DNA from: an uncultured Bacteroidota bacterium
GTDB lineage: Bacteria > Bacteroidota > Bacteroidia > Bacteroidales > WCHB1-69
Length of the DNA stretch: 64,000 nucleotides
Reading direction: 5' to 3'
Assembly (NCBI GenBank): GCA_902786595.1
Contig: CADADB010000015.1
Location: 941-64,940, forward strand
This document shows, in pieces, positions 1 through 10,935 of the stretch. A model generated the notes under the pieces. It saw only the letters and a list, made by a program, of their open reading frames with translations. It did no database searches and was not told where the DNA came from. Both the position numbers and the translations under genes were made by a program. How positions within the stretch are numbered: position 1 is the first letter of the stretch; every line of letters begins with the position of its first letter.

Positions 1-1
1 C

Positions 2-1885
2 GGTTTTGACGACTTCATTGGTGAGACAATTTCCGCCCTCCGCGTGATGGACACCGCCCTCATGGTGATCAACTCGCAGAATGGTGTCGATGTGGGTGCC
101 GAAATCCAATGGCGCCACACCAAATCCGCTCATATCCCCGTCATCTTCGCCGTTAACCAGCTGGATCACGAAAAAGCCAACTTCGACGAAACCCTGCATC
201 AGCTGAAGGAATACTTCGGTGGCAGCGTCATGGCTTTCCAATATCCTGTGAACGCCGGTATCGGCTTTGACGCCGTGATCGACCTTCTGCAAATGAAGAT
301 GCTCAAATTCCCGGCCAACGGTGGCAAAATGATGGTGGAAGACATCCCTGCAGACCAAATGGGCAAAGCTGAAGAGATGCACGCCGCTTTGATTGAGGCC
401 GCTGCTGAGAACGATGAGGCCTTGATGGATAAATACTTCGAAGAGGGTACACTTTCTGAAGATGAGATGATTCGTGGTCTGAAACTCGGTATCGCTAACC
501 GCGGTACCTTCCCGGTGATTTGCATCGCCGCTAAGACCGACCAAGGTGTGGATCGCCTCATGGATCTCGTCATCAAGAACTGCCCGACTCCCGATGAAGG
601 TCGTGCAATGAAGACCACTAACGGTGCAGAACATAAATGCAATGCCGCCAATCCTTTCGCAGGTTATATCTTCAAGATCGGTATCGAGCAACACCTCGGT
701 GAGGTCGCTTTCATCAAGGTTGCCGATGGCGAAATCAAGAAAGCTGACGATCTGTTGAACACCACCACTAATACGAAAGAGCGTATTTCCCAGCTGCTTG
801 CTTTCTGTGGCAAGAACCGCGTGGAAGTGGAGAAGGCAGTGGCCGGCGACATCGTGGCCACCATCAAGCTGAAATCTTCTCCCGCTTGCTCTACTCTCGT
901 AGCCAAGGGCGATGATGTGATTGAACCCACGGTTTATCCGGATCCTAAGTTCCGTACCGCTGTTCGCGCCGTCAACAGCTCTGACGATGAGAAATTGGGT
1001 GCTGCCCTCAACGAAATCCGTAAGACTGACCCGACCTTCCAGATGGAGCAGTCCAAGGAACTGAAGCAGCTCATCATCTCCGGTCAGGGTGAGCAACACC
1101 TCAACATCGTGAAGTGGATGATTGAGAAGCTCAACAAGATCGACATTGAGTATTACGCTCCGAAGATTCCGTATCGTGAGACCATCACGAAATCTGCAGA
1201 GGCAATGTACCGTCACAAAAAACAGTCTGGTGGTTCCGGTCAATTCGGTGAGGTTCACATGCTTATCGAGTCTTACTACGAAGGCATGCCCACCCAGACC
1301 AAATACCCGATCCGTGCCACGGAGACCTACGATCTGCCTTGGGGTGGTAAGTTGATCTTCAACAACTGTATCGTCGGTGGTGCTATTGATGCACGCTTCA
1401 TGCCTGCTATCTTAAAGGGTATTATGGAGAAAATGGAAGAGGGTCCGCTTACCGGTTCCTACGCTCGCGATATCGTGGTGAACATCTATGACGGTAAAAT
1501 GCACCCGGTTGACTCCAACGAATTGGCATTCAAGTTGGCCGGCCGTAACGCCTTCAAGGAGGCCTTCAAGAACGCTGGTCCGAAGATTCTGGAGCCCATC
1601 TACGATGTTGACATCTTCGTTCCCGCCGACCGTATGGGTGATGTGATGACCGACATGCAGGGTCGTCGCGGTATCATGATGGGTATGGAAAGCGAAGGTG
1701 CATTCCAGATGATCCACGCCAAGATCCCGTTGGCTGAGATGAACAAGTATTCCACCACGTTGAGCTCTATCACTTCCGGTCGTGCTTCTTACAGCATGAA
1801 GTTCGCTGAATACCAGCAAGTTTCTGCCGATGTTCAGAGCGAAATCATCAAGAAATACGAAGAAGAGCACAAAGACGAGGAATAA
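2..1885 (+). CDS. Elongation factor G family GTPase (EF-G paralog), 5' end outside window
   Basis: Frame stays open from nt 2 (GFDDFIGETISALRVMDTAL...). EF-G domains II-V are recognisable and the protein ends ...KKYEEEHKDEE. A hairpin with T-run follows. Confidence 0.9.
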   Translation, partial: GFDDFIGETISALRVMDTALMVINSQNGVDVGAEIQWRHTKSAHIPVIFAVNQLDHEKANFDETLHQLKEYFGGSVMAFQYPVNAGIGFDAVIDLLQMKMLKFPANGGKMMVEDIPADQMGKAEEMHAALIEAAAENDEALMDKYFEEGTLSEDEMIRGLKLGIANRGTFPVICIAAKTDQGVDRLMDLVIKNCPTPDEGRAMKTTNGAEHKCNAANPFAGYIFKIGIEQHLGEVAFIKVADGEIKKADDLLNTTTNTKERISQLLAFCGKNRVEVEKAVAGDIVATIKLKSSPACSTLVAKGDDVIEPTVYPDPKFRTAVRAVNSSDDEKLGAALNEIRKTDPTFQMEQSKELKQLIISGQGEQHLNIVKWMIEKLNKIDIEYYAPKIPYRETITKSAEAMYRHKKQSGGSGQFGEVHMLIESYYEGMPTQTKYPIRATETYDLPWGGKLIFNNCIVGGAIDARFMPAILKGIMEKMEEGPLTGSYARDIVVNIYDGKMHPVDSNELAFKLAGRNAFKEAFKNAGPKILEPIYDVDIFVPADRMGDVMTDMQGRRGIMMGMESEGAFQMIHAKIPLAEMNKYSTTLSSITSGRASYSMKFAEYQQVSADVQSEIIKKYEEEHKDEE

Positions 1886-1909
1886 TCCAGATTCGTTTTT
1901 ATGTCATAA

Positions 1910-1944
1910 AAAAGATTCGACAGCCATGTCGAATCTTTTTTTTT
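1910..1944 (+). terminator. Intrinsic terminator after the EF-G paralog
   Basis: aaaagattcgac-agccat-gtcgaatctttt stem-loop followed by a T-run. Confidence 0.75.
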
Positions 1945-2049
1945 GTCCATTAAACTTCTGTTTGGAGTTCCCATCTATCGCCCTTGAAAAATGAACGGAA
2001 ACCTATTAATAAAAATTTTCACCGAGTGTTCAGAGATTCATAAAAAGTG

Positions 2050-2057
2050 TATCTTTG
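2050..2057 (+). promoter_or_regulatory. -7 box TATCTTTG (Bacteroidota TAnnTTTG type)
   Basis: Exact match to TAnnTTTG, 31 nt upstream of the ferredoxin ATG at 2088. Confidence 0.5.
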
Positions 2058-2087
2058 CCGCTCAATCAACAACAATTAAAAAAAAGT

Positions 2088-2258
2088 ATGGCATACAAAA
2101 TTAGTGAAGATCTTTGCGCCGCTTGCGGAACTTGCATCGGCGAATGCCCTCAAGAGGCAATCTCTGAAGGCGCTGCTTACTCCATCAACCCTGATCTCTG
2201 CATCGAATGCGGTGCATGCGCAGACGTTTGTCCTTGCGAAGCAATCAGCTTGGAGTAG
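2088..2258 (+). CDS. 2x[4Fe-4S] ferredoxin (56 aa)
   Basis: Two CxxCxxCxxxCP motifs (CAACGTCIGECP, CIECGACADVCP). Start trimmed from the TTG at 2055 to the ATG at 2088 (MAYKISEDL). Confidence 0.9.
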   Translation: MAYKISEDLCAACGTCIGECPQEAISEGAAYSINPDLCIECGACADVCPCEAISLE

Positions 2259-2285
2259 TCAAATTATTTGTCTAACCACAAAAAA

Positions 2286-2318
2286 AGGAGGCCTGGAATA
2301 ATTTCCAGGCCTCTTTTG
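2286..2318. terminator. Bidirectional hairpin between convergent genes
   Basis: gaggcctggaa-taat-ttccaggcctc stem, flanked by an A-run on the left and a T-run on the right. Confidence 0.7.
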
Positions 2319-2336
2319 GCTTTTAGCTTTTGGTTG

Positions 2337-2648
2337 TTATAAAAGGAATTGCGCTGCTAAAACCACAATTGCCCACGCAAATGTAGCCCCGATGATACCG
2401 CGACCCGTTTTGTCGAATTTCAACTTCAACAGGTAATAGCGCAGAATAAACAGGTTGGGAATCAGTGCGATGAGAATGAATTTCGGAATCAGCACTTTCA
2501 CCAGATTGGGGTTGTTTACAAGCATCTGCGGATTTGAGTGTAAAATCAGTGCGAAAATGCCATATATAATGCCAAATAAAACTGCGGGAACCAGCACACC
2601 CAGCGCGATGCCAATTCCGTAAGAATCTCTTCTGAGTTTATCCATCAT
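2337..2648 (-). CDS. Small integral membrane protein (hypothetical)
   Basis: 103 aa with several hydrophobic helices. Its start overlaps the surE stop by 4 nt (ATGA). Confidence 0.65.
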   Translation of the reverse strand: MMDKLRRDSYGIGIALGVLVPAVLFGIIYGIFALILHSNPQMLVNNPNLVKVLIPKFILIALIPNLFILRYYLLKLKFDKTGRGIIGATFAWAIVVLAAQFLL

Positions 2649-3418
2649 AATTCCAAATATTTTAGTGAAGAAATATATTGATGCGCCGTCAAGTCAAATT
2701 GCACGGGCTGTATGGAAACATAATTACGTTGAAGCGCTCCTTCGCAGGTATTTTCATCCTCTTCGAGGCGTTCCAGCCAGCCAGTCAGCCAATAATATTT
2801 CCGACCGTAAGGGTCGGTGTGTTCCTGTAAATCCTCATGCCAAGTGGCATGGCATTGACGTGTCACCCGGATTCCTTTGATTTCTTCAAGCGGTGCCTTT
2901 GGAATATTGACGTTTAAGCAGATATGGGGAGGAAGGCCCTTTTCCAGCACCTGCTTGACAATTTGCTTGCCAAAATGCACTGAGGCAGTGAAGTCGGCGT
3001 TTGGACTGTAGTCTTGCACGGAAAGCCCTATGGCGGGGATGTTGTCAAAAGCGGCTTCAATAGCGGCGGCCATCGTGCCGGAGTATATCAAACTGACGGA
3101 AGAGTTGGAACCATGGTTGATTCCAGAGAGAACCAAGTCTATTTTACGGTCGCGAAGTACCACTTTTTCTCCTAACTTGATGCAATCCACAGGCGTTCCA
3201 TTGGTCTTGTAGTAGGCGATACCGTCTTCATTTTTGTAGTTGGTGAGGCGTAACGGCTCCCCCATAGTGATGGCGTGCCCCATACCGGATCGCGTCCGGT
3301 CAGGCACTACCACCGCCACTTCTCCAAGGGGCTTGGCAATCGAAACCATTGCCTCTAAGCCCTTTGCTTCGTATCCGTCATCATTGACAATCAGTATTAA
3401 CGGTTTTCCTTCGCTCAT
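2645..3418 (-). CDS. surE: 5'/3'-nucleotidase SurE
   Basis: N-terminal LILIVNDDGYEAKGL motif and GINHGSN; length 257 aa. Confidence 0.92.
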   Translation of the reverse strand: MSEGKPLILIVNDDGYEAKGLEAMVSIAKPLGEVAVVVPDRTRSGMGHAITMGEPLRLTNYKNEDGIAYYKTNGTPVDCIKLGEKVVLRDRKIDLVLSGINHGSNSSVSLIYSGTMAAAIEAAFDNIPAIGLSVQDYSPNADFTASVHFGKQIVKQVLEKGLPPHICLNVNIPKAPLEEIKGIRVTRQCHATWHEDLQEHTDPYGRKYYWLTGWLERLEEDENTCEGALQRNYVSIQPVQFDLTAHQYISSLKYLEL

Positions 3419-3420
3419 GC

Positions 3421-6400
3421 TTATTTCTTTATGAATTTGACAGTTTGAATCTGGTGCAGACTGTTTTCCAGTTTCAAGAAATAAACACCTGAAGTATATC
3501 TTCTCACGTCTATTTCAGAATCAATATCTGTCAGGTGCCCGCCTTGCAGAAGTTTTCCTGTCAAACTGAACAGCTGGTAGGTGTAGTCTTGCATATTTGT
3601 ATCATCTTGAATTTGAACATGCAGGATATCCGTAGTCGGATTAGGCCAGACTTGGAAAACAGTGTTTTGTTCGAATTCCTGGATGTTAACAGGATTATTC
3701 ACTTTGCCGCATGGGAAAGAAATGGCGTCAATGTAAGCGCAGTCCTTTCCGGAAGTTCCCCAAAAATTCTTGGAATAGGTCCATGTGTAAGTGTGTACAC
3801 CAGCATTTACCGGATATGCTGCACGTCTCCAACCAAAAATACCACCCCATTGATCTTTGGTTTGTCCGTCAATTTTGAACACTAATACGTCATTGCTTTC
3901 GCTGGAAACCTTGTAGAAGAAAGAAATGGTGTCGGAAACAGTAGCTGTGTCAGTGATTCTCAGAGTTGTGGTTCCTGAGTTGCCAATGGTACCTGATTTG
4001 GCGCAATAGATTCCATCATACGGGGAGACTGTGGTGATAGTCCATGGGACGGAAGAGGTGTTCTGCCATGCCATATTGTTGAAATCTCCAGATTCCCAGT
4101 CTTCTGAAATCGTTCCGATTTTAATGGGGAAATAGGCGTGAGCATAATAGTAATTAACCCAAAGTCCGGCTTTGAGGTAAGTGATGGTTGGCTCTTGAAT
4201 ACTGCTTTTTGGAGTGGCTTGTAAACTTATGGTTACCGTTTCGTTTACGTCAATTGCAGGAAAGAAGATGGAATCGGTTTCAAGAGTCAATTCGTCACCA
4301 GGATTCTCAAAGAAAATATTACCGCCAATAATGGGCATATTACCAGTATTGGCAATCGAAATGTTGCAGTTGAATGTTTCGTTGTAATCAGCTCTGCGGT
4401 TGCCGTTGCCAGTTTCCGCGTCGTCAATCTCCAACGAAGTGATACTCAGCTGCGGGGCATACAATTTCACCGACTTGGATTGCGTCACTGTGTCATTGTT
4501 GAAGATGATTTCCATTTTAATGACGGCGTTGTGGTTGGCAGGCACAACATTCTTGACCGAGAAGGTGAATGTGGGTGAATTGGCCAACGTGTCGTGTGAA
4601 GGTAACGTTGTGACAGTCAGAATCGGATTGTTCAAAGTGATGTATTCGTCTTCAGAGGAGACATTGATGCGCACGTTAGAGGCATTCTGATTGCCGATGT
4701 TGATGATTTGCGGTGTCACAGTCATGGTTTTGCCAAATTCTGGCAAATTATTAGGATGGTTGTTCACAAACGGAAGGGATTTGTCAGTCAAGGTCAGGTC
4801 ACCTATAATCACATAAGGTCCTTCGTTTGGAATAAAGTTCACCATGCCTTCATAGGGAAGATAGTTTGTGGCGGTTGCCAATACTTTCAATGTGTCTGTC
4901 GGCAGGTAAGTGTCGTTGAAAGTGAGCGTGTATTCACCACCTGTAATGCGACCTGTCGCTACAATTTCGTCATTATGGGTAACGGTGATTTTAGCATTTT
5001 CAACAGGAGAGGAGAATGTTATAGAAGGAACGCCTGCGGGAAGGATGGCATTGTGGGAGACTTCGAGTTGTTCGGGGACAGCAGTTCGCACCAATAGGGT
5101 GGGATCTCCAAAAATAAGCCATGTTCGGGAAACATCCAAGGCACTTTCGTCGTTATAGACATCAAGCATGTGGATGATTCCGTTGAAAAACATACCGCCA
5201 AACGTGAATTTCTGATTAGCAGGATCCGTGCCGACCAGCATGTCTATCATAGCGTCTTGGGCGCACATGGGCTGATTCCATGGCTGGTTGATAGTGGATC
5301 CTGCCATGGTCACAGCGCCTGTCGGTTCTCCGTTTTGTGTTGCCCGCAGCCACGCCTCGGCAAAGCAGGTGCCGGAATGGTAGGCACCATTCACACAAGC
5401 CACAGATATGATGAACGGGAGTTTGCCGACATTCGTTAAATTGTTGACGTTGGTATTACTAAAGCCAGAGGTTGTCCAATTCTGCACATCACCGTGCCCG
5501 CAATAACAGATGATGCCGACACCGTTGTTAACTCCAGTGGCTACCATGGATGCCGAAGGGTTGCCTGATGCGTCCAAACCGCCTTGACTCCCTTCGAATA
5601 GTTCATATCCGGAGGTATAAGTGTAAGCTTGCAGCTTGTTGTCAATATTGCGGATGTGCTGGTAGTCGTATTCGTTGTTGTCACCAGGACCCTGATTGGA
5701 GGCGATGCCCATGAATGACGTAAAATGGGAGGTTTCGGGTGGATTTTTTTCGTATTCGATAAAACGTTGCACTTGAGTTTCCACTTGTGATGCGTTTTCA
5801 GCGGAAATCTTGCCTAAAATAATATCCGAATATGAATCATTACCCACGATGAGCGTGTAAGTGTTGTCGGCTTTGTCGCCGCTGACGGTCGGCGTGGGGA
5901 ACTGTGCATTGTCGCCCACAATAATCACAAATGCCAGATTGTGTTCGTTGTAATAATTTGTGATGTAAGTTTTTATGGAATTGGCATTGTTGCCGGCAGC
6001 AGTTACCGAAACCATTTCAGTGTTATAGCCATTTTGGATTTTCCAGTCAACATACGGTTGCATGGCTTCCATGAAGTTTTCGGGGCAGATAATCAGAATA
6101 TCGCCTTCTTCGGTTACGGGAGTACTGCGCAAGCCACGGTAATTCAAGAATTGGTTGGCATAAACAGCATCGAATGTGCGGTTGACTTTGGCGGCGGCGG
6201 CAACAGATTTTGTACTGTTGAAAGTCACTTTGACCGTTACGGAAGAGTAAATCTTCAACTTTTGCGCCACAGGGTTATAATCAAAAGGATAAACCTTGAA
6301 ATTCATTCCCTCAAAATCGCGGAGCTGATAGGCATCACCTATTTGTATTGCATTGCCTAATAGGTAGTCGGCCGCTTGATAATCCGCATTTTTCGTATAT

Positions 6401-6780
6401 GGAACATTCTCCGGATCCACATTACGGTAAAGACTACCTTTGGATGGTGCTAAGGCAAAAGACTCTGCAACAGTATATTGCGCATCCAGGATTTCCGTTT
6501 CAGGATTGCTTCCTTCAGGCACAATCAGGGAGAATGCTGTTTGGAGCAATTCAGGACTGCCCTTTTTCAAGACGGGATATGCATCCGCCATGATCAGTTT
6601 TTGCATATCCTCGCCATTTACGGAAACCGTTTCCGTTTGGAAGGTGCCGAAATCCACGCGTACCACCGCCTCGTTTTGTGTGGAACGAAGCAGTGTGTAA
6701 CGGATGTTCTGCGCTTGCGCACTCATCGCCATCCCCGCGATGACGGCCAAAATTGTCACTAATTTCTTGAAGTTGTTCAT
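3421..6780 (-). CDS. Peptidase C25 (gingipain-like cysteine protease) with T9SS C-terminal sorting domain
   Basis: Signal peptide MNNFKKLVTILAVIAGMAMSAQA. Catalytic-type motifs CYCGHGDVQNW and ISVACVNG. C-terminus VWPNPTTDILHVQ...GVYFLKLEN...VKFIKK is typical of a Por/T9SS CTD. Start trimmed to the ATG at 6780. Confidence 0.85.
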   Translation of the reverse strand: MNNFKKLVTILAVIAGMAMSAQAQNIRYTLLRSTQNEAVVRVDFGTFQTETVSVNGEDMQKLIMADAYPVLKKGSPELLQTAFSLIVPEGSNPETEILDAQYTVAESFALAPSKGSLYRNVDPENVPYTKNADYQAADYLLGNAIQIGDAYQLRDFEGMNFKVYPFDYNPVAQKLKIYSSVTVKVTFNSTKSVAAAAKVNRTFDAVYANQFLNYRGLRSTPVTEEGDILIICPENFMEAMQPYVDWKIQNGYNTEMVSVTAAGNNANSIKTYITNYYNEHNLAFVIIVGDNAQFPTPTVSGDKADNTYTLIVGNDSYSDIILGKISAENASQVETQVQRFIEYEKNPPETSHFTSFMGIASNQGPGDNNEYDYQHIRNIDNKLQAYTYTSGYELFEGSQGGLDASGNPSASMVATGVNNGVGIICYCGHGDVQNWTTSGFSNTNVNNLTNVGKLPFIISVACVNGAYHSGTCFAEAWLRATQNGEPTGAVTMAGSTINQPWNQPMCAQDAMIDMLVGTDPANQKFTFGGMFFNGIIHMLDVYNDESALDVSRTWLIFGDPTLLVRTAVPEQLEVSHNAILPAGVPSITFSSPVENAKITVTHNDEIVATGRITGGEYTLTFNDTYLPTDTLKVLATATNYLPYEGMVNFIPNEGPYVIIGDLTLTDKSLPFVNNHPNNLPEFGKTMTVTPQIINIGNQNASNVRINVSSEDEYITLNNPILTVTTLPSHDTLANSPTFTFSVKNVVPANHNAVIKMEIIFNNDTVTQSKSVKLYAPQLSITSLEIDDAETGNGNRRADYNETFNCNISIANTGNMPIIGGNIFFENPGDELTLETDSIFFPAIDVNETVTISLQATPKSSIQEPTITYLKAGLWVNYYYAHAYFPIKIGTISEDWESGDFNNMAWQNTSSVPWTITTVSPYDGIYCAKSGTIGNSGTTTLRITDTATVSDTISFFYKVSSESNDVLVFKIDGQTKDQWGGIFGWRRAAYPVNAGVHTYTWTYSKNFWGTSGKDCAYIDAISFPCGKVNNPVNIQEFEQNTVFQVWPNPTTDILHVQIQDDTNMQDYTYQLFSLTGKLLQGGHLTDIDSEIDVRRYTSGVYFLKLENSLHQIQTVKFIKK

Positions 6781-6886
6781 ATTTGTTCTTTTTTTAACCC
6801 CACACAAACGCAGCGTTGTGTGGGGTTATTTGCGCTTCGCGCGTCTTGCCCCTTCGGGGCTGCTTAAGGAATTATGTTTTTTTTAA

Positions 6887-8119
6887 TTATTTCAGATTTT
6901 CAACGGCTTGTTTGATGCGTTTGCAGGCCTCTTTGAGACGGTCTTCGGAAGTGGCGTAAGAGAGGCGGATGCAGTCGTCGTCACCGAAGGCGGTGCCTTG
7001 CACGGTGGAAACGCTGGCGTCTAAGAGGAAGTAAAATGCGAGATCAGTGGAGTTTTCGATGACCGTCTTGTTGTACTGGGCGGCGAATTTGGAGTCAGCA
7101 GGCACCTGTTTGCCGAACAGACTGCTCACTTTCGGGAAGAAGTAGAAAGCGCCCTGCGGCAGTGTGACCTCAAAACCGGGGATTTGCTTCAGCAGGTCAT
7201 AGACCATATCGCGGCGCATTTTGAAAATGTTTCGCATATTGATAATGTCCTCTGAGGTTTTGGGATCCATTTCCATAGCTCTCAGCGCGGCGCGTTGGGA
7301 GATGGAGCCGGTGGCGGAAGTGATCTGTCCTTGCAGCTTGTTGCAGGCCTTGGCCACCTCCACGGGAGCGCCGATGAAACCGATACGCCAGCCCGTCATG
7401 GCAAAACCTTTCGCCACACCGTTAACCGTAACCACTTGGTCTTTAATGAAATCGAATTGGGCAATGCTTTCGTGACCGCCCACGAAGTTGATGTGTTCGT
7501 AAATTTCGTCCGACATGATCATCATCTGCGGATGTTTGGCGACCACTTCAGCGATAGCACGGAGTTCCTCCTTGGAGTAGATCATACCCGTGGGGTTCGA
7601 GGGACTGCTGAACATCATCAGCTTGGTTTTCGGGGTGATGGCTGCCTCCAATTGAGCGGGGGTAATCTTGAAATCGTTCTCAATCTTGCAAGGAACGTAT
7701 TTGATCTCGGCTTCGGCCATTTGGGCGATGGCGCGATAGGAAACCCAATAAGGAGTGGGGATAATCACCTCGTCGCCGGGGTTCACCAATGCCATAACTG
7801 TTTGATAGATGGCTTGTTTTCCACCGGTAGAAACTACAATCTGTTGCGTGGAGTAATCCAGATTGTTGTCTCTCTTGAATTTCTGGCTGATGGCTTTCAA
7901 CAGATCGGCATAACCGGGGACTGGCGGGTAATGCGTGAAATTGTCGTCAATGGCCTGTTTGGCGTATTCCTTCACGGTTTCCGGCGTGTTGAAATCGGGT
8001 TCACCGATGCTCAAGCTGATGACATCTTGACCTTTATCCTTTAACTCACGTGCCAATGCGGTCATGGCCAATGTTTCTGATGCCGGCATTCCCAGCACTC
8101 TTTTTGAAATTCTTTCCAT
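6887..8119 (-). CDS. Class I/II pyridoxal-phosphate aminotransferase (aspartate aminotransferase-like)
   Basis: MERISKRVLGMPASETL..., SIGEPDF, and the PLP-lysine context NGVAKGFAMTGWRIGF. Start trimmed to the ATG at 8119, which sits downstream of a -7 box. Confidence 0.88.
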   Translation of the reverse strand: MERISKRVLGMPASETLAMTALARELKDKGQDVISLSIGEPDFNTPETVKEYAKQAIDDNFTHYPPVPGYADLLKAISQKFKRDNNLDYSTQQIVVSTGGKQAIYQTVMALVNPGDEVIIPTPYWVSYRAIAQMAEAEIKYVPCKIENDFKITPAQLEAAITPKTKLMMFSSPSNPTGMIYSKEELRAIAEVVAKHPQMMIMSDEIYEHINFVGGHESIAQFDFIKDQVVTVNGVAKGFAMTGWRIGFIGAPVEVAKACNKLQGQITSATGSISQRAALRAMEMDPKTSEDIINMRNIFKMRRDMVYDLLKQIPGFEVTLPQGAFYFFPKVSSLFGKQVPADSKFAAQYNKTVIENSTDLAFYFLLDASVSTVQGTAFGDDDCIRLSYATSEDRLKEACKRIKQAVENLK

Positions 8120-8154
8120 ATTGTTAACTTTTTTTGTATCTGAAAATTGGACGG

Positions 8155-8162
8155 CAAAGATA
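8155..8162 (-). promoter_or_regulatory. -7 box TATCTTTG for the aminotransferase
   Basis: The reverse complement of caaagata matches TAnnTTTG, 36 nt upstream of the start at 8119. Confidence 0.5.
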
Positions 8163-8217
8163 CGCAAATTATGAATACATACGGACAAAAGAAAGGTATA
8201 TTGTTCACAAAAAATTG

Positions 8218-8225
8218 TATCTTTG
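8218..8225 (+). promoter_or_regulatory. -7 box TATCTTTG for valS
   Basis: Exact TAnnTTTG, 70 nt upstream of the valS ATG. Confidence 0.5.
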
Positions 8226-8294
8226 CATTTCCTTTTTAAAAGGTGAATTTTACATCGTAAATTATTAGTATATAACAGGTTAGATAAAACAAAC

Positions 8295-10934
8295 ATGGCT
8301 ACAGAAATCAACACCAAATACGACCCGATAGCGGTTGAGGACAAGTGGTACCAGTTTTGGATGGAAAACCGCTTCTTTCACTCCGAACCCGACAGCAGAC
8401 CGGCATATTCCATCGTGATTCCCCCGCCAAATGTGACGGGCGTGCTGCACATGGGCCACATGCTCAACAACACGATTCAGGATGTGATGGTCCGCCGTGC
8501 CCGCATGAAAGGGTTCAACGCCGTTTGGGTACCTGGCACCGACCACGCCTCCATCGCTACGGAAGCCAAAGTGGTGGCTTATCTCAAAGAGCAAGGCATT
8601 GATAAAAAAGATCTTACCCGCGAGGAATTTCTGAAGCACGCTTGGGAATGGAAAGAGAAATACGGTGGCATCATCCTCAAACAGCTCCGCAAACTCGGTG
8701 CTTCCTGCGATTGGGACCGCACCAAATTCACCATGGATCCGGAGATGTCGGAAGCTGTGACTGACGTGTTTGTTGATCTGTACAACAAGGGCAAGATTTA
8801 CCGCGGTGTGCGTATGGTCAACTGGGATCCCAAAGCATTGACCGCCGTTTCCGATGAGGAGGTGATTTACAAGGAATTACAATCGAAACTTTATTATGTT
8901 CGCTATCAGATTGAGGGTGAAGAGAATGAGTACATCACGATTGCTACCACTCGTCCGGAAACCATTTTGGGCGATACGGCTATCTGTATGCATCCTGAAG
9001 ACGAGCGTTATGCCAAATATAAAGGCAAGCGTGCCATCGTTCCTGTTGTAAACCGTTCTATTCCTTTGATTTACGATGAATATGTGGAACGCGAGTTCGG
9101 TACTGGCGCGCTGAAAATCACGCCGGCGCACGATATCAACGACTATAATCTCGGCATTAAGCACCACTTGGAGACCATCAACATCTTCAATGATAACGGC
9201 ACGCTCAACGAGAATGCGCAGTTCCTCGTGGGCATGGACCGTTTCGAGGCGCGGAAAGCCATCATCCCGTTGTTGGAAGAGGGTGGCAATTTGGTGAAAA
9301 TCGAGGATTACACCAACAAAGTGGGCTTTTCGGAGCGCACTAATGAGGTGATTGAGCCGAAACTCTCCTTGCAATGGTTCTGCAAGATGGAAGAGTTGGC
9401 GAAACCGGCACTCGATGCCGTCATGAACGGTGACATCACGTTCCATCCTGACAAGTTCAAGAACACCTATGCCCACTGGATGGAGAACATCAAGGATTGG
9501 TGTATCAGCCGCCAGCTTTGGTGGGGACACCGCATCCCTGCTTGGTACTTGCCGAACCACGAGTTTGTGGTGGCGCACAACGCCGATGAAGCGTTGAATA
9601 TCGCCTGCCAGAAGTTCCCCGAATTAAATCTGACTATCAACGATTTGAAGCAGGACGAGGATGTGATGGACACTTGGTTTTCCTCTTGGTTGTGGCCGCT
9701 GTCTGTGTTTGACGGCATCCGTCACCCTGACAATCCCGAAATCAACTATTATTACCCGACAGCCGTGTTGATCACCGCCCCCGATATCATCTTCTTCTGG
9801 GTGGCGCGTATGATCATGGCCGGATTGGAATGGCGTGACACAATCCCATTCAGAGCCGTCTATTTCACTGGAACTGTGCGTGACAAACTGCACCGCAAGA
9901 TGTCGAAGCAGCTCGGCAACTCTCCTGATCCCATCATGCTGATGGAAAAATACGGTGCCGATGGTGTGCGTTTCGGTATGTTGCTCAGCTCTCCGGCTGG
10001 TAACGACTTGCTGTTCGACGAGTCGCTCTGCGAGCAGGGTCGTAACTTCAGCAACAAGTTGTGGAACGCCTTCCGTTTGGTGAGAGGTTGGCAGATCGAT
10101 GACAATATCCCGCAGCCGCTCCACACCGAAACTGCTGTGAAGTGGATTCGTGAGCGTATGAACGAAGTGCTCAAGGGAGTGGAGGAGAATGTGAACCGCT
10201 ATCGTATCTCCGAAGCCCTGATGGACATCTACAAACTTGTGTGGGACGATTTCTGCTCTTGTTTCCTCGAGGTGGTGAAACCTGGGTTCCAACAACCGAT
10301 AGATGGTAAGACATATCGGGAAATCATTGACATTTTTGAGGTCCTGATGCAGATCCTGCACCCGTTCATGCCGTTTATCACGGAAGAGTTGTGGCAAACC
10401 ATGCGTCAAAGAGGTGAAAAAGAGTCCATTATGATGACGAAGATGCCTGAGGTGGAAGCTGAGGTGAATCAGAAAGTGCTGGACGATTTCGCCGCCGCCC
10501 GCAAGGTCATCGATCAGGTGCGCCGTATCAGAACGGAGAAGAATATCCCGCAAAAGAAAGCCCTTACGCTCAACGTTTATACCAATCCTTCAGCGGCCAA
10601 CCCTGCCACTGATGCTGTGATTGCCAAACTTTGTAATCTGGAACATATTGATTATCTGGAAAGTAATGACGTTGATGGAGCTTCGTTCATCGAAAATAAA
10701 ATCCAGTATTCCATGCCGTTGAAGGGTTTGGTAGATATGGATGAGGAAATCAAGAAGTTAGAAGCTGATCTGAAATATGCGGAAGGTTTCCTGCAAAATG
10801 TGCTGAAGAAGCTCTCCAACGAGCGCTTTGTGAACAACGCACCGCAGCAGGTGGTCGATATTGAGCGTAAAAAACAGGCAGATGCCGAAGAAAAAATCCG
10901 GATTATTAAGGAGCAACTAGCCAAGTTGAAATAG
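8295..10934 (+). CDS. valS: Valine--tRNA ligase
   Basis: 879 aa. HIGH-type motif [18 protein letters not shown]-type motif KMSKQLGN, and a C-terminal coiled coil. Confidence 0.95.
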   Translation: MATEINTKYDPIAVEDKWYQFWMENRFFHSEPDSRPAYSIVIPPPNVTGVLHMGHMLNNTIQDVMVRRARMKGFNAVWVPGTDHASIATEAKVVAYLKEQGIDKKDLTREEFLKHAWEWKEKYGGIILKQLRKLGASCDWDRTKFTMDPEMSEAVTDVFVDLYNKGKIYRGVRMVNWDPKALTAVSDEEVIYKELQSKLYYVRYQIEGEENEYITIATTRPETILGDTAICMHPEDERYAKYKGKRAIVPVVNRSIPLIYDEYVEREFGTGALKITPAHDINDYNLGIKHHLETINIFNDNGTLNENAQFLVGMDRFEARKAIIPLLEEGGNLVKIEDYTNKVGFSERTNEVIEPKLSLQWFCKMEELAKPALDAVMNGDITFHPDKFKNTYAHWMENIKDWCISRQLWWGHRIPAWYLPNHEFVVAHNADEALNIACQKFPELNLTINDLKQDEDVMDTWFSSWLWPLSVFDGIRHPDNPEINYYYPTAVLITAPDIIFFWVARMIMAGLEWRDTIPFRAVYFTGTVRDKLHRKMSKQLGNSPDPIMLMEKYGADGVRFGMLLSSPAGNDLLFDESLCEQGRNFSNKLWNAFRLVRGWQIDDNIPQPLHTETAVKWIRERMNEVLKGVEENVNRYRISEALMDIYKLVWDDFCSCFLEVVKPGFQQPIDGKTYREIIDIFEVLMQILHPFMPFITEELWQTMRQRGEKESIMMTKMPEVEAEVNQKVLDDFAAARKVIDQVRRIRTEKNIPQKKALTLNVYTNPSAANPATDAVIAKLCNLEHIDYLESNDVDGASFIENKIQYSMPLKGLVDMDEEIKKLEADLKYAEGFLQNVLKKLSNERFVNNAPQQVVDIERKKQADAEEKIRIIKEQLAKLK

Positions 10935-10935
10935 T

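Noticed and set aside
2-1885. The EF-G-like protein as a Tet(Q)/Tet(M)-type ribosomal protection protein.
   Set aside because: The inferred full length (over 700 aa once the missing G-domain start is added) and the domain IV/V sequences look like an EF-G paralog. There is no conjugative-transposon context.
6797-6861. The hairpins aaccccacacaa...ttgtgtggggtt and gccccttcggggc between the aminotransferase and the C25 protease, considered as a riboswitch or ncRNA.
   Set aside because: They are short simple stem-loops with no conserved-looking multi-helix architecture that I recognise. They are most simply an inter-cistronic terminator or processing structure. Their orientation relative to the T-runs is ambiguous, so no feature was called.
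8120-8344. Long N-terminal extensions in the ORF track: 6887-8344, 16297-, 23077-, 30867-, 33383-34771, 41437-, 47984-, 52291-.
   Set aside because: The extensions run through promoter boxes and AT-rich spacers and add non-homologous residues ahead of canonical N-termini or signal peptides. The starts were trimmed to internal ATGs.
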